From an uncultured virus (IMG/VR IMGVR_UViG_3300025018_003789) (Duplodnaviria > Heunggongvirae > Uroviricota > Caudoviricetes): a stretch of 64,000 bases of DNA. Of this stretch, positions 37,841 through 48,349 are shown in pieces. Made by a program: the position numbers and the translations under genes. The notes below the pieces were generated by a model that saw only the letters and a program-made list of their open reading frames with translations, searched no databases and had not been told where the DNA came from. Location: IMG/VR virus record IMGVR_UViG_3300025018_003789. The stretch is one strand, 5' to 3'. Each line of letters starts with the position of its first letter. Position 1 is the first letter of the stretch.

Positions 37841-38362
37841 ATGATTCTATCTGGATTGAAAATAAAAAAAGAAATAGAAAAACAAAATATTTGGATTGAT
37901 GATTTTGATGAAAAAAGACTAAATCCAAACAGTTATAATTTACGTCTTCACAATAAATTGTTAATTTATAATGAGGATGTTTTAGATATGAAAAAAAACA
38001 ACTCATTCAACGAAGTGGAGATTCCAGAAAGTGGTCTTCTTTTAGATCCCAAAAAACTTTATCTTGGAAGGACTGTAGAAAAAACAGAAACAAAAAATCA
38101 TGTTCCTATGCTTGAGGGTAGAAGTTCAATAGGTAGGCTTGGAATGACAATTCATGTCACTGCTGGTTTTGGAGATGTTGGTTTTAATGGATATTGGACG
38201 CTCGAAATTTCTTGTATTCAACCTATTGTAATTTATCCGTATATTGAAATTTGCCAAATTTATTATCATACAATCGAAGGTGATTTTATTTCCTATTCTT
38301 CAGGAAAGTATCAAAATAATACTGACATACAGTCCTCTTTAATATACAAAGAGTTCCAGTGA
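37841..38362 (+). CDS. dcd: dCTP deaminase
   Basis: NPNSYNLRL, EGRSSIGRLG, HVTAGFGDVGF.G.WTLE, ICQ, GKYQ. Confidence 0.9.
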   Translation: MILSGLKIKKEIEKQNIWIDDFDEKRLNPNSYNLRLHNKLLIYNEDVLDMKKNNSFNEVEIPESGLLLDPKKLYLGRTVEKTETKNHVPMLEGRSSIGRLGMTIHVTAGFGDVGFNGYWTLEISCIQPIVIYPYIEICQIYYHTIEGDFISYSSGKYQNNTDIQSSLIYKEFQ

Positions 38363-38456
38363 AATATTAACATTTTTACAAAGGAAATATTTATCTCTTT
38401 TTAGAATCTAAATTTTAGATTCACAAAAGGAGAAGTAATATGGCTCAAAATTCAAA

Positions 38457-38575
38457 ACAATTCGAAATCTGTTTTCATAGAAGATAAAGAATATACTTCT
38501 ATTGCAGAAGCAGAACGTCAAACTGGAATTTCAAAATATTTAATTCGTAAAATAATGAAGGAGGGAGTGCAATGA
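38457..38575 (+). pseudogene. NUMOD1-type HTH remnant of a homing endonuclease
   Basis: Frame reads NNSKSVFIEDKEYTSIAEAERQTGISKYLIRK with no start codon. Confidence 0.55.
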
Positions 38576-39453
38576 TGGCATTTTCTAATAGTTTCGTGGT
38601 AGCCGTAAAAGATCACACAGGTAAAGTATTACGTGAAACAACAGATGACCTCGGAAGAAGAGGCGTCTTCATTCCCTTCCACACAAACTACTCAATCTTA
38701 CTGAAGAATCTGAATGATAGAGATTGTGTTGCTTCTATTAAGATAGACGGCACACAAGTTCTAGGAACAGACACTCTTGTCATTAAGGCTAAAGATGAAG
38801 CTACTCTTGAACGCTTTATGATTGATGGAGATACGAAAAAAGGAAGTAAGTTCTTATTCGTACCAATCAGTGATGGAAGAGTTCAAGATCCTTCAGAAAA
38901 TAAGAATGGTTTAATTGAAGTTTCTTTCACTCTTGAAAAAGAGAAGCCAAAAGAAATTCATCACCATCACCACCATAATCATTATCCACCTTATATTCCT
39001 CCATATGATCCTTGGAAACCAAACATTACTTGGGGTTCAAATATCGGTGGAAGTAGCTCTTATTTTGGTAATGTAAGATCTATAAAAAAAGGTTTGCAAT
39101 CATCTTCAGATCTCAACTCTATGGAATTTTGTGAAACAAGTTCTATTACAAGTAACTCTAGTGCTGACATGTCTTCTACTTTATGTTCGGCAGACACAAG
39201 AGGCGCTACTGTTGAAGGTGGTCTTTCTAACCAGAGTTTTAGACATGCTTTCATTGGAGAACTTGAAACTAATAGCACTACAATATCTCTTCAAATTCAT
39301 CCAAGCAAAGAATCTTTGACAGTCGATAAAAGCCGCAAGGTCACAAGACTGGAAAAGAAAAGAAATGATGAAGATAAGAAAGCGAAAGTAGATGCTTTAC
39401 TTAAAGAACATCCAGAACTGGCAGAAAAGTTAATCGACATTCTTGGCGATTGA
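38572..39453 (+). CDS. Conserved hypothetical protein
   Basis: YSILLKN..IKIDG..NGLIEVSF; His-rich linker; GGAG SD. Confidence 0.65.
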   Translation: MMAFSNSFVVAVKDHTGKVLRETTDDLGRRGVFIPFHTNYSILLKNLNDRDCVASIKIDGTQVLGTDTLVIKAKDEATLERFMIDGDTKKGSKFLFVPISDGRVQDPSENKNGLIEVSFTLEKEKPKEIHHHHHHNHYPPYIPPYDPWKPNITWGSNIGGSSSYFGNVRSIKKGLQSSSDLNSMEFCETSSITSNSSADMSSTLCSADTRGATVEGGLSNQSFRHAFIGELETNSTTISLQIHPSKESLTVDKSRKVTRLEKKRNDEDKKAKVDALLKEHPELAEKLIDILGD

Positions 39454-39477
39454 ACTACTGAGTAATCCTCGGTAGTT

Positions 39478-39511
39478 GACTCCCTCTATCTCTGGTAGGG
39501 GGAGTTTTTTT
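39478..39511 (+). terminator. Intrinsic terminator
   Basis: GACTCCCTCTATC-TCT-GGTAGGGGGAGTT + T-tract. Confidence 0.75.
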
Positions 39512-39570
39512 GTCCAATAGACTTGACTTTTAGAAATGGTTGGATACAATTTGTAAGAGGTCAATACGCT

Positions 39571-39861
39571 ATGAGCAATTTTTCAGAAAAAGACTACCAA
39601 CCTGTATCTGTTGAATTGAAGGATTTGTTTTCTTTCGAAAGAAATGGTTGGCCAAAGAAGGTTTGCCTTGGACCTAAATGGTTTCAAGACTTCTTTCCTT
39701 ATGAGTATTGTGATGAAAGAGGAGCGCCAACTGATCGCTGGGCAGTGTGGGATGATTCTAAAAAAGAAAGACTAGCACGTTGGATGGCAACGGTTGCAGC
39801 TCATTGTTGGAAAGTAGAAGCATTGACTCTCATAGAAACCAAAGAGAAGGAAGAAAAGTAA
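39571..39861 (+). CDS. Hypothetical protein
   Basis: ORF downstream of TTGACT-N16-TACAAT. Confidence 0.55.
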   Translation: MSNFSEKDYQPVSVELKDLFSFERNGWPKKVCLGPKWFQDFFPYEYCDERGAPTDRWAVWDDSKKERLARWMATVAAHCWKVEALTLIETKEKEEK

Positions 39862-40203
39862 ATGGGTTCATTTGATATGGCTTGTGCCATTACTGGTATT
39901 TCATTGGGATTGCAACAACCAGTTAAGATGTTTTTTATTGTCAAGACAGAACAAGAACAACCTTTCGTATATCCAAACGATTGTTATGAATTTTGTAGTT
40001 TCGGTATCGATATGGTAATTATATGTTTGATGAAAAAAGCCCTGAGTGGATAGATTTTATAAATAGAATAAAAAATCATGCAGTCCATACGCCTCTTGGC
40101 GAAAATAAATATCACGATCTTGAATTTGACCCTAAAAATAAAGAGCACTACAAGCCTGAATATCTTTTTCATCTTTCGTTGCACAACTCTGTTCAGATTT
40201 AAA
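39862..40203 (+). pseudogene. Frameshifted hypothetical gene
   Basis: MGSFDMAC.. frame shifts near 40010 into YGNYMFDEKSPEW.. Confidence 0.45.
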
Positions 40204-40262
40204 TAAAAAATACAGTGACGAATATGGTGACGAGGACGAGGACGAAGATTAGTGGCATTCTT

Positions 40263-40303
40263 GGCCAATTACCCTTGACATAAGGGGTCGAGTCGTAGAT
40301 AAT
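40263..40303 (+). promoter_or_regulatory. GGCC-N8-TTGACA promoter
   Basis: TTGACA-N17-GATAAT, followed by AAGGAGG SD. Confidence 0.75.
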
Positions 40304-40330
40304 CTCTTTATTCTCAAGGAGGACCATTGT

Positions 40331-41209
40331 ATGTCCAAAAAACGTCTCGCTTCAGTCCCAGTAAACCCCAACGCTGTTGTGAAAACCACACGGGGAAAAC
40401 GTCCTTCATCAAAAGACCTCTTGGAGAGTCATTACAAGAAGTCTATTTGGGACGTTCTTGATTCTCTTGATGTAAAAGATCCTGAATCTGCTCTTCAAAT
40501 GATTGAGAAAGAAACAAGTGGCGCTGTTTCCTTCAGCGTTCCTACTCTCAAGAAAATTGTAGAGCAAGGAATCGAATCAGGTGAAGTTACAAAAAGTAAA
40601 CCCTATGCCGTTTGGTTTGAAAAGAAAGCGGATAAGAAAAGGGCTTCAACACGTGAAATCATCGAACGTCATTATTCAATGGATGTTTGGAAGGTTCTTG
40701 ATAAATTCAAGGCCGACAATCCTTCCTTGATGATCTCTTTGATTACTAAGGATACTAACGGCGAAATCACTTTCACTGAACCAACCCTCAAGAAGATGAT
40801 TTCTGAAGGTTTGGAGAATGAGGAAATTGATTCTTCAAAGCCTTATGCTTCTTGGGTTGCTCGCAAGCGTAAATCGAAATCAGAAGTAGCAAATGATAAT
40901 GCTCAGGTGAATTCTGGACTCCCTACAACTATGGCTACTGCTGTATGTACAGGTTGTGGTCACTCTAAGCCTAAAGCTATTTCTTTCTTCGGAGGCGGCA
41001 TTGGTATTCGAGCCATGCGCTGTGATAAGTGTCAAAAGTTTGCCACCCTAAAAGTCACAGGCAAGAAAGATGGAGTTTCCTTCTCGAAAGTATGTCGTGA
41101 AAAGAACGGCATAACCTGCGAAATCTTTGTTGATGAAAATGACAAAGAAATCGAGAACCATCCGATTGAAAGTAAGCGTCCCAATCCCAAGGAAACCGTC
41201 ACTGCATGA
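40331..41209 (+). CDS. Hypothetical protein with two ~75-aa tandem repeats and C-terminal zinc ribbon
   Basis: Duplicated HY..WxVLD..F.xPTLKK..SKPYAxW; CTGC/CDKC. Confidence 0.7.
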   Translation: MSKKRLASVPVNPNAVVKTTRGKRPSSKDLLESHYKKSIWDVLDSLDVKDPESALQMIEKETSGAVSFSVPTLKKIVEQGIESGEVTKSKPYAVWFEKKADKKRASTREIIERHYSMDVWKVLDKFKADNPSLMISLITKDTNGEITFTEPTLKKMISEGLENEEIDSSKPYASWVARKRKSKSEVANDNAQVNSGLPTTMATAVCTGCGHSKPKAISFFGGGIGIRAMRCDKCQKFATLKVTGKKDGVSFSKVCREKNGITCEIFVDENDKEIENHPIESKRPNPKETVTA

Positions 41210-41871
41210 ATTTGGAAGACTTTTGCCGGAATGACGGCACAACCTTTCCTGTTCGCCTATACAAATCCATCGAGACAGTATTTTCTACTGATTCTCGGTG
41301 GATTTTTTCTTGGGAGAACAATGAAGATTTAGAACTTTACGAAGAACTCTGTCCTCCCGAAAAGGAAGATGGTTTTGTAAGGATCATGAAACTTTGGAAG
41401 AACTGTAATCTTTCATTTGAAAAATGTAAAGACATCAATTCCAACAACACTTCTACTTTGATCGAAAGATGTCCACGTTGTTTGGCGTTTGGGTGGAAAG
41501 TGAAACCTAATCCAGAATGTGAAACCTGCTCTGGTAAAGGTATGGTGCAAAGGGGAGTTTGCATAAAAATTTTAGATCAACTATTCCCACTAGGTCCACT
41601 TATGCCTCTTTTCTTAGAAAGAGAAGATGTTTTATTTAGCTATCCTTTCAAAAAAATAACAAGAGATATTACTGGAAATAAAGAATCCCATGTAATGATT
41701 TCCTTTATTCACAAACCAACAAGAATGAAGGGACTTCTGGTCGGGATCAATAGTTTGGATAATAAACATTGGAAACATTTCAAGCGTTTTGACATAAAGA
41801 AAGAAGATGTAGTTATTTCTTCTGTTAGTCACTATGGATTTGAAGATGTTGATCAGTTTCTGGAAATATAA
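41206..41871 (+). CDS. Hypothetical protein with CxxC/CxxCxGxG zinc finger (C-terminal FLEI)
   Basis: CPRC..CETCSGKG. Confidence 0.6.
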   Translation: MNLEDFCRNDGTTFPVRLYKSIETVFSTDSRWIFSWENNEDLELYEELCPPEKEDGFVRIMKLWKNCNLSFEKCKDINSNNTSTLIERCPRCLAFGWKVKPNPECETCSGKGMVQRGVCIKILDQLFPLGPLMPLFLEREDVLFSYPFKKITRDITGNKESHVMISFIHKPTRMKGLLVGINSLDNKHWKHFKRFDIKKEDVVISSVSHYGFEDVDQFLEI

Positions 41872-41937
41872 TTGTTGGCCTAAAGGGCCAAGGCGTATTA
41901 GAATGGGAGAAGTTTATGTAATCTAGGAGAAATATAA

Positions 41938-42789
41938 ATGAAAGTTAAATTAGGCGATATCGCAAAAGATGAGTTTGGTAATTTAGGTCTTATTATCGAT
42001 GAGGGCACTAAAGAGGTTGACGAATATGATGATGAAGGTAATTTCCTTCGAAAAGTAATCTCATGTTATGGAATTTTTATTGAAGAAACAGCAACTAATA
42101 AAGTGGGTGATGCTTGGTCTTCTCCAACACCTAAAGTAATTGGAAATATAAAAGATAGTATTGATGTATTTTTCTGTGGAATGCATCAGTTTGAAAAAAA
42201 CACAAGAACATTAAATCTATGGGAAAAGGGATCTATTTCCACCAAGACTTGTATGGAGGAAATGAGATATGATTATGAATTAGAATCTGAACGAATAAAG
42301 GCTGAACAAGACTATAAAAAGAGTCTTGAGAATACATGTACTCTTATACAATCTGTATATAAAGACAGTAAGTCAGTAACCATACCTTATGAATCCATGA
42401 TTGAAATGGGCGCACTATCTAGTTTCCAATTTATTGATCCACAACCTGTAACCAAAGATACTGATACTCTTGGACTTTCCTTAAATACAATATCTGAGAT
42501 CATTAGTCTTTGGAGCGAGCATCAAGGATTTGATAACCCTCCTAGTATAGAGACTAGAGAGCAAAAGATGTTGATGAATGAGAAGTTGATGTTGGTCGTA
42601 ACAGAAGTTGCAGAGGCATGTGAAGAAGTTAGAAAAGATAATATGGAAAACTTCAAAGAAGAAATCGCAGATGTAATTATTAGATTGTTAAACATATGTG
42701 GATCAGCAAAAATAGACATAGATAAAACAATATCTCAAAAGATGGAAAAAAATAGAAAGAGACCAAAGAGACATGGAAAAGCCTGTTAA
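41938..42789 (+). CDS. MazG-like NTP pyrophosphohydrolase domain protein
   Basis: EVAEACEEVRK..EEIADVIIR..KMEKNRKR at C-terminus. Confidence 0.8.
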   Translation: MKVKLGDIAKDEFGNLGLIIDEGTKEVDEYDDEGNFLRKVISCYGIFIEETATNKVGDAWSSPTPKVIGNIKDSIDVFFCGMHQFEKNTRTLNLWEKGSISTKTCMEEMRYDYELESERIKAEQDYKKSLENTCTLIQSVYKDSKSVTIPYESMIEMGALSSFQFIDPQPVTKDTDTLGLSLNTISEIISLWSEHQGFDNPPSIETREQKMLMNEKLMLVVTEVAEACEEVRKDNMENFKEEIADVIIRLLNICGSAKIDIDKTISQKMEKNRKRPKRHGKAC

Positions 42790-43012
42790 TGAATTCATAA
42801 TGCATGACAACTTGGCAAAATTCCTTGACGATACGTGCATTATTGATGTAGTTGTATTCTGTGAAGAAAACAAGCCCTTCTTAGAATTTAAAGGGCTTCA
42901 TCCAAGACAAGTTGGGTATTGTACAGAAAAAAAGAATGTAAGAATATCCACATTGGATGAACTTCAAGAATTTAGTGGCATTCCATTTTACGTAAAGATA
43001 AGAAGAATATGA
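42773..43012 (+). CDS. Hypothetical protein
   Basis: ORF. Confidence 0.4.
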   Translation: MEKPVNEFIMHDNLAKFLDDTCIIDVVVFCEENKPFLEFKGLHPRQVGYCTEKKNVRISTLDELQEFSGIPFYVKIRRI

Positions 43013-43302
43013 AAATTGCCTTTATATCTGCTCCATTCCGTGCGAGTAGTGATGAACTAATAAAGCAGAACGTTCTTGACGCTCAAGAACTTGCTGAGAA
43101 GTATTGGAAACAAGGCTATTCAGTCATTTGCCCGAATCTTAATTCGGGCGATGGGTATCTTGAACTACTTGAAAAATGTGATCTCGTCGTTGCCCATCCT
43201 CGCTGGCAAGAAAGTGAAGGAGCCAGAGGTGAAATTGAGTTCGCTAGAAAAATGGGAATACCAGTCGTTTTTGAACGAACGCCATCTAAGGTCTCTTTCT
43301 GA
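43009..43302 (+). CDS. DUF4406/DUF1937-like (nucleoside deoxyribosyltransferase-like fold) protein
   Basis: FISAPF..CP..WQESEGARGEIEFA. Confidence 0.7.
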   Translation: MKIAFISAPFRASSDELIKQNVLDAQELAEKYWKQGYSVICPNLNSGDGYLELLEKCDLVVAHPRWQESEGARGEIEFARKMGIPVVFERTPSKVSF

Positions 43303-43441
43303 AATTAAAGAGTATTTTCATACTGCGTTTAAACCTAAACCAGGCTTGTCTTTTAACTTTGATAAAGTTATTGAATATAATCCATAGAAAGCACATAAAA
43401 CTTCTTTAAGATATTACTTTATTGTTTATTATATAATTGGT

Positions 43442-43690
43442 ATGCCTTTCAACTACGATGAATATATCAATATTGTTTCAGGTCCGTATTTAGAATCTGA
43501 AAAGAAAAAAGCAATAAAACTTTTAAATGAATTGAGAGAAAAAGCATCTAAAAATTCTGCCGAAGTAATATATAAAATTTTCACAGCAGACATCATAGTG
43601 GAAGAAGATCCAAGTAGTGCAATGTTTAAAATCGCACGAGAAAATGAGTTTGAAATGGAACATAACTCCATCGATGACTTAGAGATATAG
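43442..43690 (+). CDS. Hypothetical protein (C-terminal IDDLEI)
   Basis: ORF. Confidence 0.55.
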   Translation: MPFNYDEYINIVSGPYLESEKKKAIKLLNELREKASKNSAEVIYKIFTADIIVEEDPSSAMFKIARENEFEMEHNSIDDLEI

Positions 43691-43692
43691 TT

Positions 43693-43732
43693 GGCCTTTT
43701 CGACTTGACTCTGATTGAATTCTTTGTATCAT
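43693..43732 (+). promoter_or_regulatory. GGCC-N8-TTGACT promoter
   Basis: TTGACT-N16-TATCAT. Confidence 0.7.
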
Positions 43733-43761
43733 AAACTTCATTACAAAAGGAATAGAAAAGA

Positions 43762-45798
43762 ATGCTTAACCTTATACCCAAAACTGAAAACTTAATTTAC
43801 TTTTTTCGTGACGCTTTTATTGAGTTTCAAAGAGGAAGTAAAAGTCCGATAAGGACAATCCAATTATCTGATGAAAATTGGAACATCATCAAAAACAACA
43901 ATGAATTGAAAAAATTCATATCAACTGACTCTGATGGTAGTGAGACTTTTCTTGGTGCAGACATACACGTCACCAAGATAAATGGAGTCATCAAATTCAA
44001 CAATGACGATTGGCAAGTAATACGTGTTAAGACAAGTCCACGTTTCGCCCCATTCCTGAGTGAAAACTATATACCTTCTGATGATTTGAAAAGACAAATA
44101 ACTATGGTGACAGCGGTATCGAACGACACTGTTCCAAGTGATTTTAATCCAAATAGTACAAAAAATAAAGACCTAAAGGAAAAGGCTTCTGATCTGGCAA
44201 TCAAACTTCAAAGCGTTAAAGAAGAATTGTCCTCAACCGAAGTCATGGTCAATGAATGGCTTTTGGAAACTGCTGACAAAGTTTCTGTGTTCTACAATAG
44301 AACATATTCTGACCCATCCGTTTATATCAAAAACCTTCAGTCAGAACTTCGTAATTATCGTGCCGATCTTTCCAGTAGCCATAAAGAAAAAACCCCAACT
44401 CTAGTCCGACATTCAGATGGACAGATGAAGTTGATAGATCGTATTAGAATTTTAGAAGAAGTTGTCACCAAGGGCGAACCTTTAGTTAGTAAATACGAAA
44501 ACCTTCTAATCGAAAAGAAAACCCTCATTACTACAATTGAAAGTAAAGATCTTGATGAAGATTTGGAGTCCCAAGGAAAGTCTAATCCTACAGATGAATA
44601 TCTGTCTAGTGGGAGTGGTAATTTCTTAGATGGCTTTGATTCCTTCTTAAAAGAAATTTCTAACGAAGTTGAAGAAGAGTCTAAATCTGAATCTGAATCT
44701 GAAGAGGAAGATATTCCAAGTTTACTGTCTGCATTGGAAGAACTGTTGAAAAAAGCTTCCAATTCAAAAGAGGAAGAATCAAAACCAAATGATTTTTCTG
44801 AACAAGAAGCGCCTAAAGATCCAAAAGAGAGAATTTCTTTCTATGACAATGTTTTGAAGGCTGTTGATATAATCTATAAAGAGATTCCTGATTTAGAAAA
44901 GGAATATCCTAAAGAGAATATAGTCAAAGACTTGAAGAAACTTCAAGAGTCTCTGTTTGAAATTATTCCTGAAGGCGACAAAATGAGTTCGTTTGAAAAA
45001 ATGATCTTCAAACCCTTTTTGGACATAATTAATGCAAGTGAAAAAACATTCTCCACTTTCGGAGAGATCATAATCCTACTGGCTGAGTTGGTAGAGGCTA
45101 AAAAGTCTGGTGAAGAAGAAGTTGTTGAAAGTATCGAAGATAGCATCAATCAGATACTGAAAAAGAAATTCAACTCTTCTTTTGTCACTGAAAAATCAGT
45201 CATTGGAAAGATTATCAAAAAGATTGTCTTTTCAGGAAAAGAAAAAACTCAAACCGATGATACAAAAAATAAAGACGTTTCAGAAGAAGCGTCGGAAAGA
45301 AAAGTAAACATGGATTCAGGCTGGAAAGAAAGAATGCAAATTGGAAACTTAATCAATCAATTTGGACGTAAAGGTTCAGAACTAATTAAGTCTGTTTTGG
45401 TTTATCCTGAAAACGACAGTGAAGGTCGGGCGAAATTCGTAAAGAGCGGAAAGTCGCTTCAATTCCGTGAAGCTATCGTTGGAAACAACATCATTAAACT
45501 GAAGACGCCTTTGGATATTGAGTTTTCCTTAAATCCTATAGAGGCAAATCAAAATGAATTCAATGCTGCCGTTCTTTTTGACAATCAAGTAATCGAAGTT
45601 TCTGGAAAAGATATTTCATCTATTCTAGAACAGATTTCAGAAAGAATATTCTTGGACTTTGTAAGTGCTTTGAGTGTGGTTGAGGAATGTAATGAAAAGC
45701 CAAACCTAACTCAAATGCAAAAACAAAAACTACGCATTGCAAGAGACAAGATGAATCTCTTTTCTGAGTCAGAATCATTTGTCCACGTAGGTCAATGA
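43762..45798 (+). CDS. Large hypothetical coiled-coil/acidic protein
   Basis: 678 aa ORF. Confidence 0.7.
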   Translation: MLNLIPKTENLIYFFRDAFIEFQRGSKSPIRTIQLSDENWNIIKNNNELKKFISTDSDGSETFLGADIHVTKINGVIKFNNDDWQVIRVKTSPRFAPFLSENYIPSDDLKRQITMVTAVSNDTVPSDFNPNSTKNKDLKEKASDLAIKLQSVKEELSSTEVMVNEWLLETADKVSVFYNRTYSDPSVYIKNLQSELRNYRADLSSSHKEKTPTLVRHSDGQMKLIDRIRILEEVVTKGEPLVSKYENLLIEKKTLITTIESKDLDEDLESQGKSNPTDEYLSSGSGNFLDGFDSFLKEISNEVEEESKSESESEEEDIPSLLSALEELLKKASNSKEEESKPNDFSEQEAPKDPKERISFYDNVLKAVDIIYKEIPDLEKEYPKENIVKDLKKLQESLFEIIPEGDKMSSFEKMIFKPFLDIINASEKTFSTFGEIIILLAELVEAKKSGEEEVVESIEDSINQILKKKFNSSFVTEKSVIGKIIKKIVFSGKEKTQTDDTKNKDVSEEASERKVNMDSGWKERMQIGNLINQFGRKGSELIKSVLVYPENDSEGRAKFVKSGKSLQFREAIVGNNIIKLKTPLDIEFSLNPIEANQNEFNAAVLFDNQVIEVSGKDISSILEQISERIFLDFVSALSVVEECNEKPNLTQMQKQKLRIARDKMNLFSESESFVHVGQ

Positions 45799-45889
45799 TA
45801 GCACAGTCATGAAGAAAATATTTGGTTCAGTGGAATAAATCCTTTTGTTGGATTTATATTTACTGAACCATTTTGTTTAAGGAGAAAAA

Positions 45890-46471
45890 ATGAAAGAAGA
45901 AAAGTCATATGAGTTTGAAAGACTCCATACAATTTGTATGATCTTATTTGGTCATGTAGATTTTCTTTTAAACAAAGAGCATGAAAAGATATTCCAACAA
46001 GTAAATGATATTTTTGAGCAAACTAATAAATACAAAGAAATATTTCAAGACACAAAAGAAACTAAAGAGTCCAACGAAGGCTTCCTGTTTCTTTGCAAGA
46101 AGTTTTATGAAAAATATTCAATCAATGTATTTGGCGAGATAGGTGAACAAGAAGATTCAGATCTTTTGTGTCGAATCGTTGAATTGACCGGATTGAAAGA
46201 GTGGGATCTTTTGAAATTCTTGTATGATAACCGTTATCATCATTCATTCTACTCGACAATATATTATCCAAAACTTAAAGTAGAAAATACAGAAGATACA
46301 ACTTGTTTTTTGACCGACTGCAATGGTCATCTGGTCTTCTCTATACCTCCAAAAACAACAACAACAGAAGGTTTGATGGTTGGTGTTTATTATCTTGTTG
46401 ATAAAAAGAATGATTTAGAAAGATGCATATATTTAGATTCGGAGAAAGAAGAGTATGTCGGACAAAAATAA
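45890..46471 (+). CDS. Hypothetical protein
   Basis: AAGGAG SD. Confidence 0.6.
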   Translation: MKEEKSYEFERLHTICMILFGHVDFLLNKEHEKIFQQVNDIFEQTNKYKEIFQDTKETKESNEGFLFLCKKFYEKYSINVFGEIGEQEDSDLLCRIVELTGLKEWDLLKFLYDNRYHHSFYSTIYYPKLKVENTEDTTCFLTDCNGHLVFSIPPKTTTTEGLMVGVYYLVDKKNDLERCIYLDSEKEEYVGQK

Positions 46472-46706
46472 ATTCACTCTACCTACTGCTGAAGATAAGA
46501 TAGATAGAAAAATAGAAGAAGTTGAAAGTGTCGGGCCATTTGAAAGTCCTTCATATTTCAATATGGAAGATGGTCTTCCTCTTTCTTTGGAGAAGCACAT
46601 AGAATCTTTAATTAGACTTTACAACAAATTCTTTTCAATGGATACTGAAAAGACATTGAAACTAACCTTTGTTGAAACGGCAGGCGAACAGGATGGAACA
46701 GAATAA
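46455..46706 (+). CDS. Hypothetical protein
   Basis: ORF. Confidence 0.5.
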   Translation: MSDKNKFTLPTAEDKIDRKIEEVESVGPFESPSYFNMEDGLPLSLEKHIESLIRLYNKFFSMDTEKTLKLTFVETAGEQDGTE

Positions 46707-46983
46707 ATTTCCCTTTCCTGCAAAAAGTATAAATAAGAATCCTGCCATCGAGGATCATCAAGAACCGCAGATAGATGGTTTTGATGAAGATTTAAAGACT
46801 TCTATCTCAAAGATAAAGATAGAAATCGAAAAGAATCCTATAGCACAATCAACACGCTGGACTATTGTTCGTGAAATGAAATTTCTATTCAGCAAATATG
46901 GAGACGATGCAGTCTCTAGACTTTCTGAAGAGATACCTTCTGTAACGACTTACAAAATAAATGAATCGGAATACAAGCAATGA
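46693..46983 (+). CDS. Hypothetical protein
   Basis: ORF. Confidence 0.5.
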   Translation: MEQNKFPFPAKSINKNPAIEDHQEPQIDGFDEDLKTSISKIKIEIEKNPIAQSTRWTIVREMKFLFSKYGDDAVSRLSEEIPSVTTYKINESEYKQ

Positions 46984-47465
46984 GTATTACTTCTTACATC
47001 AAAGACAGTCTTTTTCCAGAGAAGATTGATTATGTTCTTGGATTCTTTATCACCTCAGACGATAAAGTCTTGGTCATAAGAAAAGAAAGACCTGATTATC
47101 AAAAGGGTAAACTAAATGGTGTTGGGGGCAAAATAGAAAAAGGTGAGAAACCAATCGATGAGATGATTAGAGAGTTTAGAGAAGAATCTAATATCGTCAC
47201 TGACCACGATGAGTGGGAACACTACTCTACATTAAAATGGTATTCAGAGAGACTAAGTAAACCATCGAAGATTTACGTCTTTAGAAACTTCACACATGAA
47301 ACATCTGACGAGATAGATATTAGTAATCCTCCGACAGATGAGAAACTTGAGTGGATTGATTTAGATGAACGCATACCTGATGATATTATGGTGAATTTAA
47401 AATACCTCATACCATTAGCACAACATTATCCAGAAAACGTAAAGCCAGTAATACTAAGAACATAA
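46980..47465 (+). CDS. NUDIX hydrolase
   Basis: GGKIEKGE....MIREFREE Nudix box. Confidence 0.88.
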   Translation: MSITSYIKDSLFPEKIDYVLGFFITSDDKVLVIRKERPDYQKGKLNGVGGKIEKGEKPIDEMIREFREESNIVTDHDEWEHYSTLKWYSERLSKPSKIYVFRNFTHETSDEIDISNPPTDEKLEWIDLDERIPDDIMVNLKYLIPLAQHYPENVKPVILRT

Positions 47466-47587
47466 AGGTAAATTAAATATGTTTTATATCGATGATCAGG
47501 AAACGCTTGAACATTATGAAAAGTTGAGAAACGGACAATTAGCGGCTCTTGTTGCATTGGTATTCGTTTTCATTTTTTCTTTAATTA

Positions 47588-48349
47588 TTGAATTCTTTTT
47601 TCCTAACTTTTTTCAACTATCCATATCTTTTCTTTAGTGCAGATGGTTTGATTGCAATGAGTCCTCTCATTGTAGCTGGTATATTGATAAATGTTTTTGC
47701 TTTCATTCAAATGAAGTCTTCGTCATATGATGAAAAACTTTTAAAGACTGAACTACAAGTTTCAACTTTGGCAGGGATATGGGAAGAGATTGGTTATCGA
47801 TGGTTATTAATTTTAACCTCAATGATTGCCCTCATGTTCTTCAATTGGTTTATTGGCAGTGTTTTGGTTTGGATATTTATTGTATTATTTATTGCTCTTT
47901 CCTTTGGTTCTATCCTTTTGAAAGACCATATGTTACCTGTAAGATTTCTTTTTTCAATATTTTTTATGGCTTTTGCATTTTGGTTTTTCTTTTTATGGTC
48001 TAATTTTGAAGATCCAATATACTGGTTAAATGAAGCTATATTGATTCCAATTATTGATTTTGTTACTTTCGGCTTAATTCACAATTCCGTTCTCTATAAT
48101 GACGATTTACCATCTCGTTTATTTCTTTATGGTGCAATTGCAGCTAATGCTAAATTCCGTGATGGACATAAATATCAGGGTTTTCTGGGATACGTCAATT
48201 CATGGTTTGTGGGGTTGGACCTACTTCATTGTGCGATTATTTATGGTCTAATTACCGCCATTGCCATCCACTCTATTTACAACATTTCAATTCATACTAT
48301 TAGTTATTTAACTAAAAAAATACAGGGAAGATTTGGCCGTAAGGGTTGA
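47588..48349 (+). CDS. CPBP (CAAX/Abi-like) intramembrane metalloprotease; true start probably ~47479 via T-run frameshift
   Basis: Multiple TMs, WEEIGYRW, F..GH, AIHSIYN. Confidence 0.7.
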   Translation: MNSFFLTFFNYPYLFFSADGLIAMSPLIVAGILINVFAFIQMKSSSYDEKLLKTELQVSTLAGIWEEIGYRWLLILTSMIALMFFNWFIGSVLVWIFIVLFIALSFGSILLKDHMLPVRFLFSIFFMAFAFWFFFLWSNFEDPIYWLNEAILIPIIDFVTFGLIHNSVLYNDDLPSRLFLYGAIAANAKFRDGHKYQGFLGYVNSWFVGLDLLHCAIIYGLITAIAIHSIYNISIHTISYLTKKIQGRFGRKG

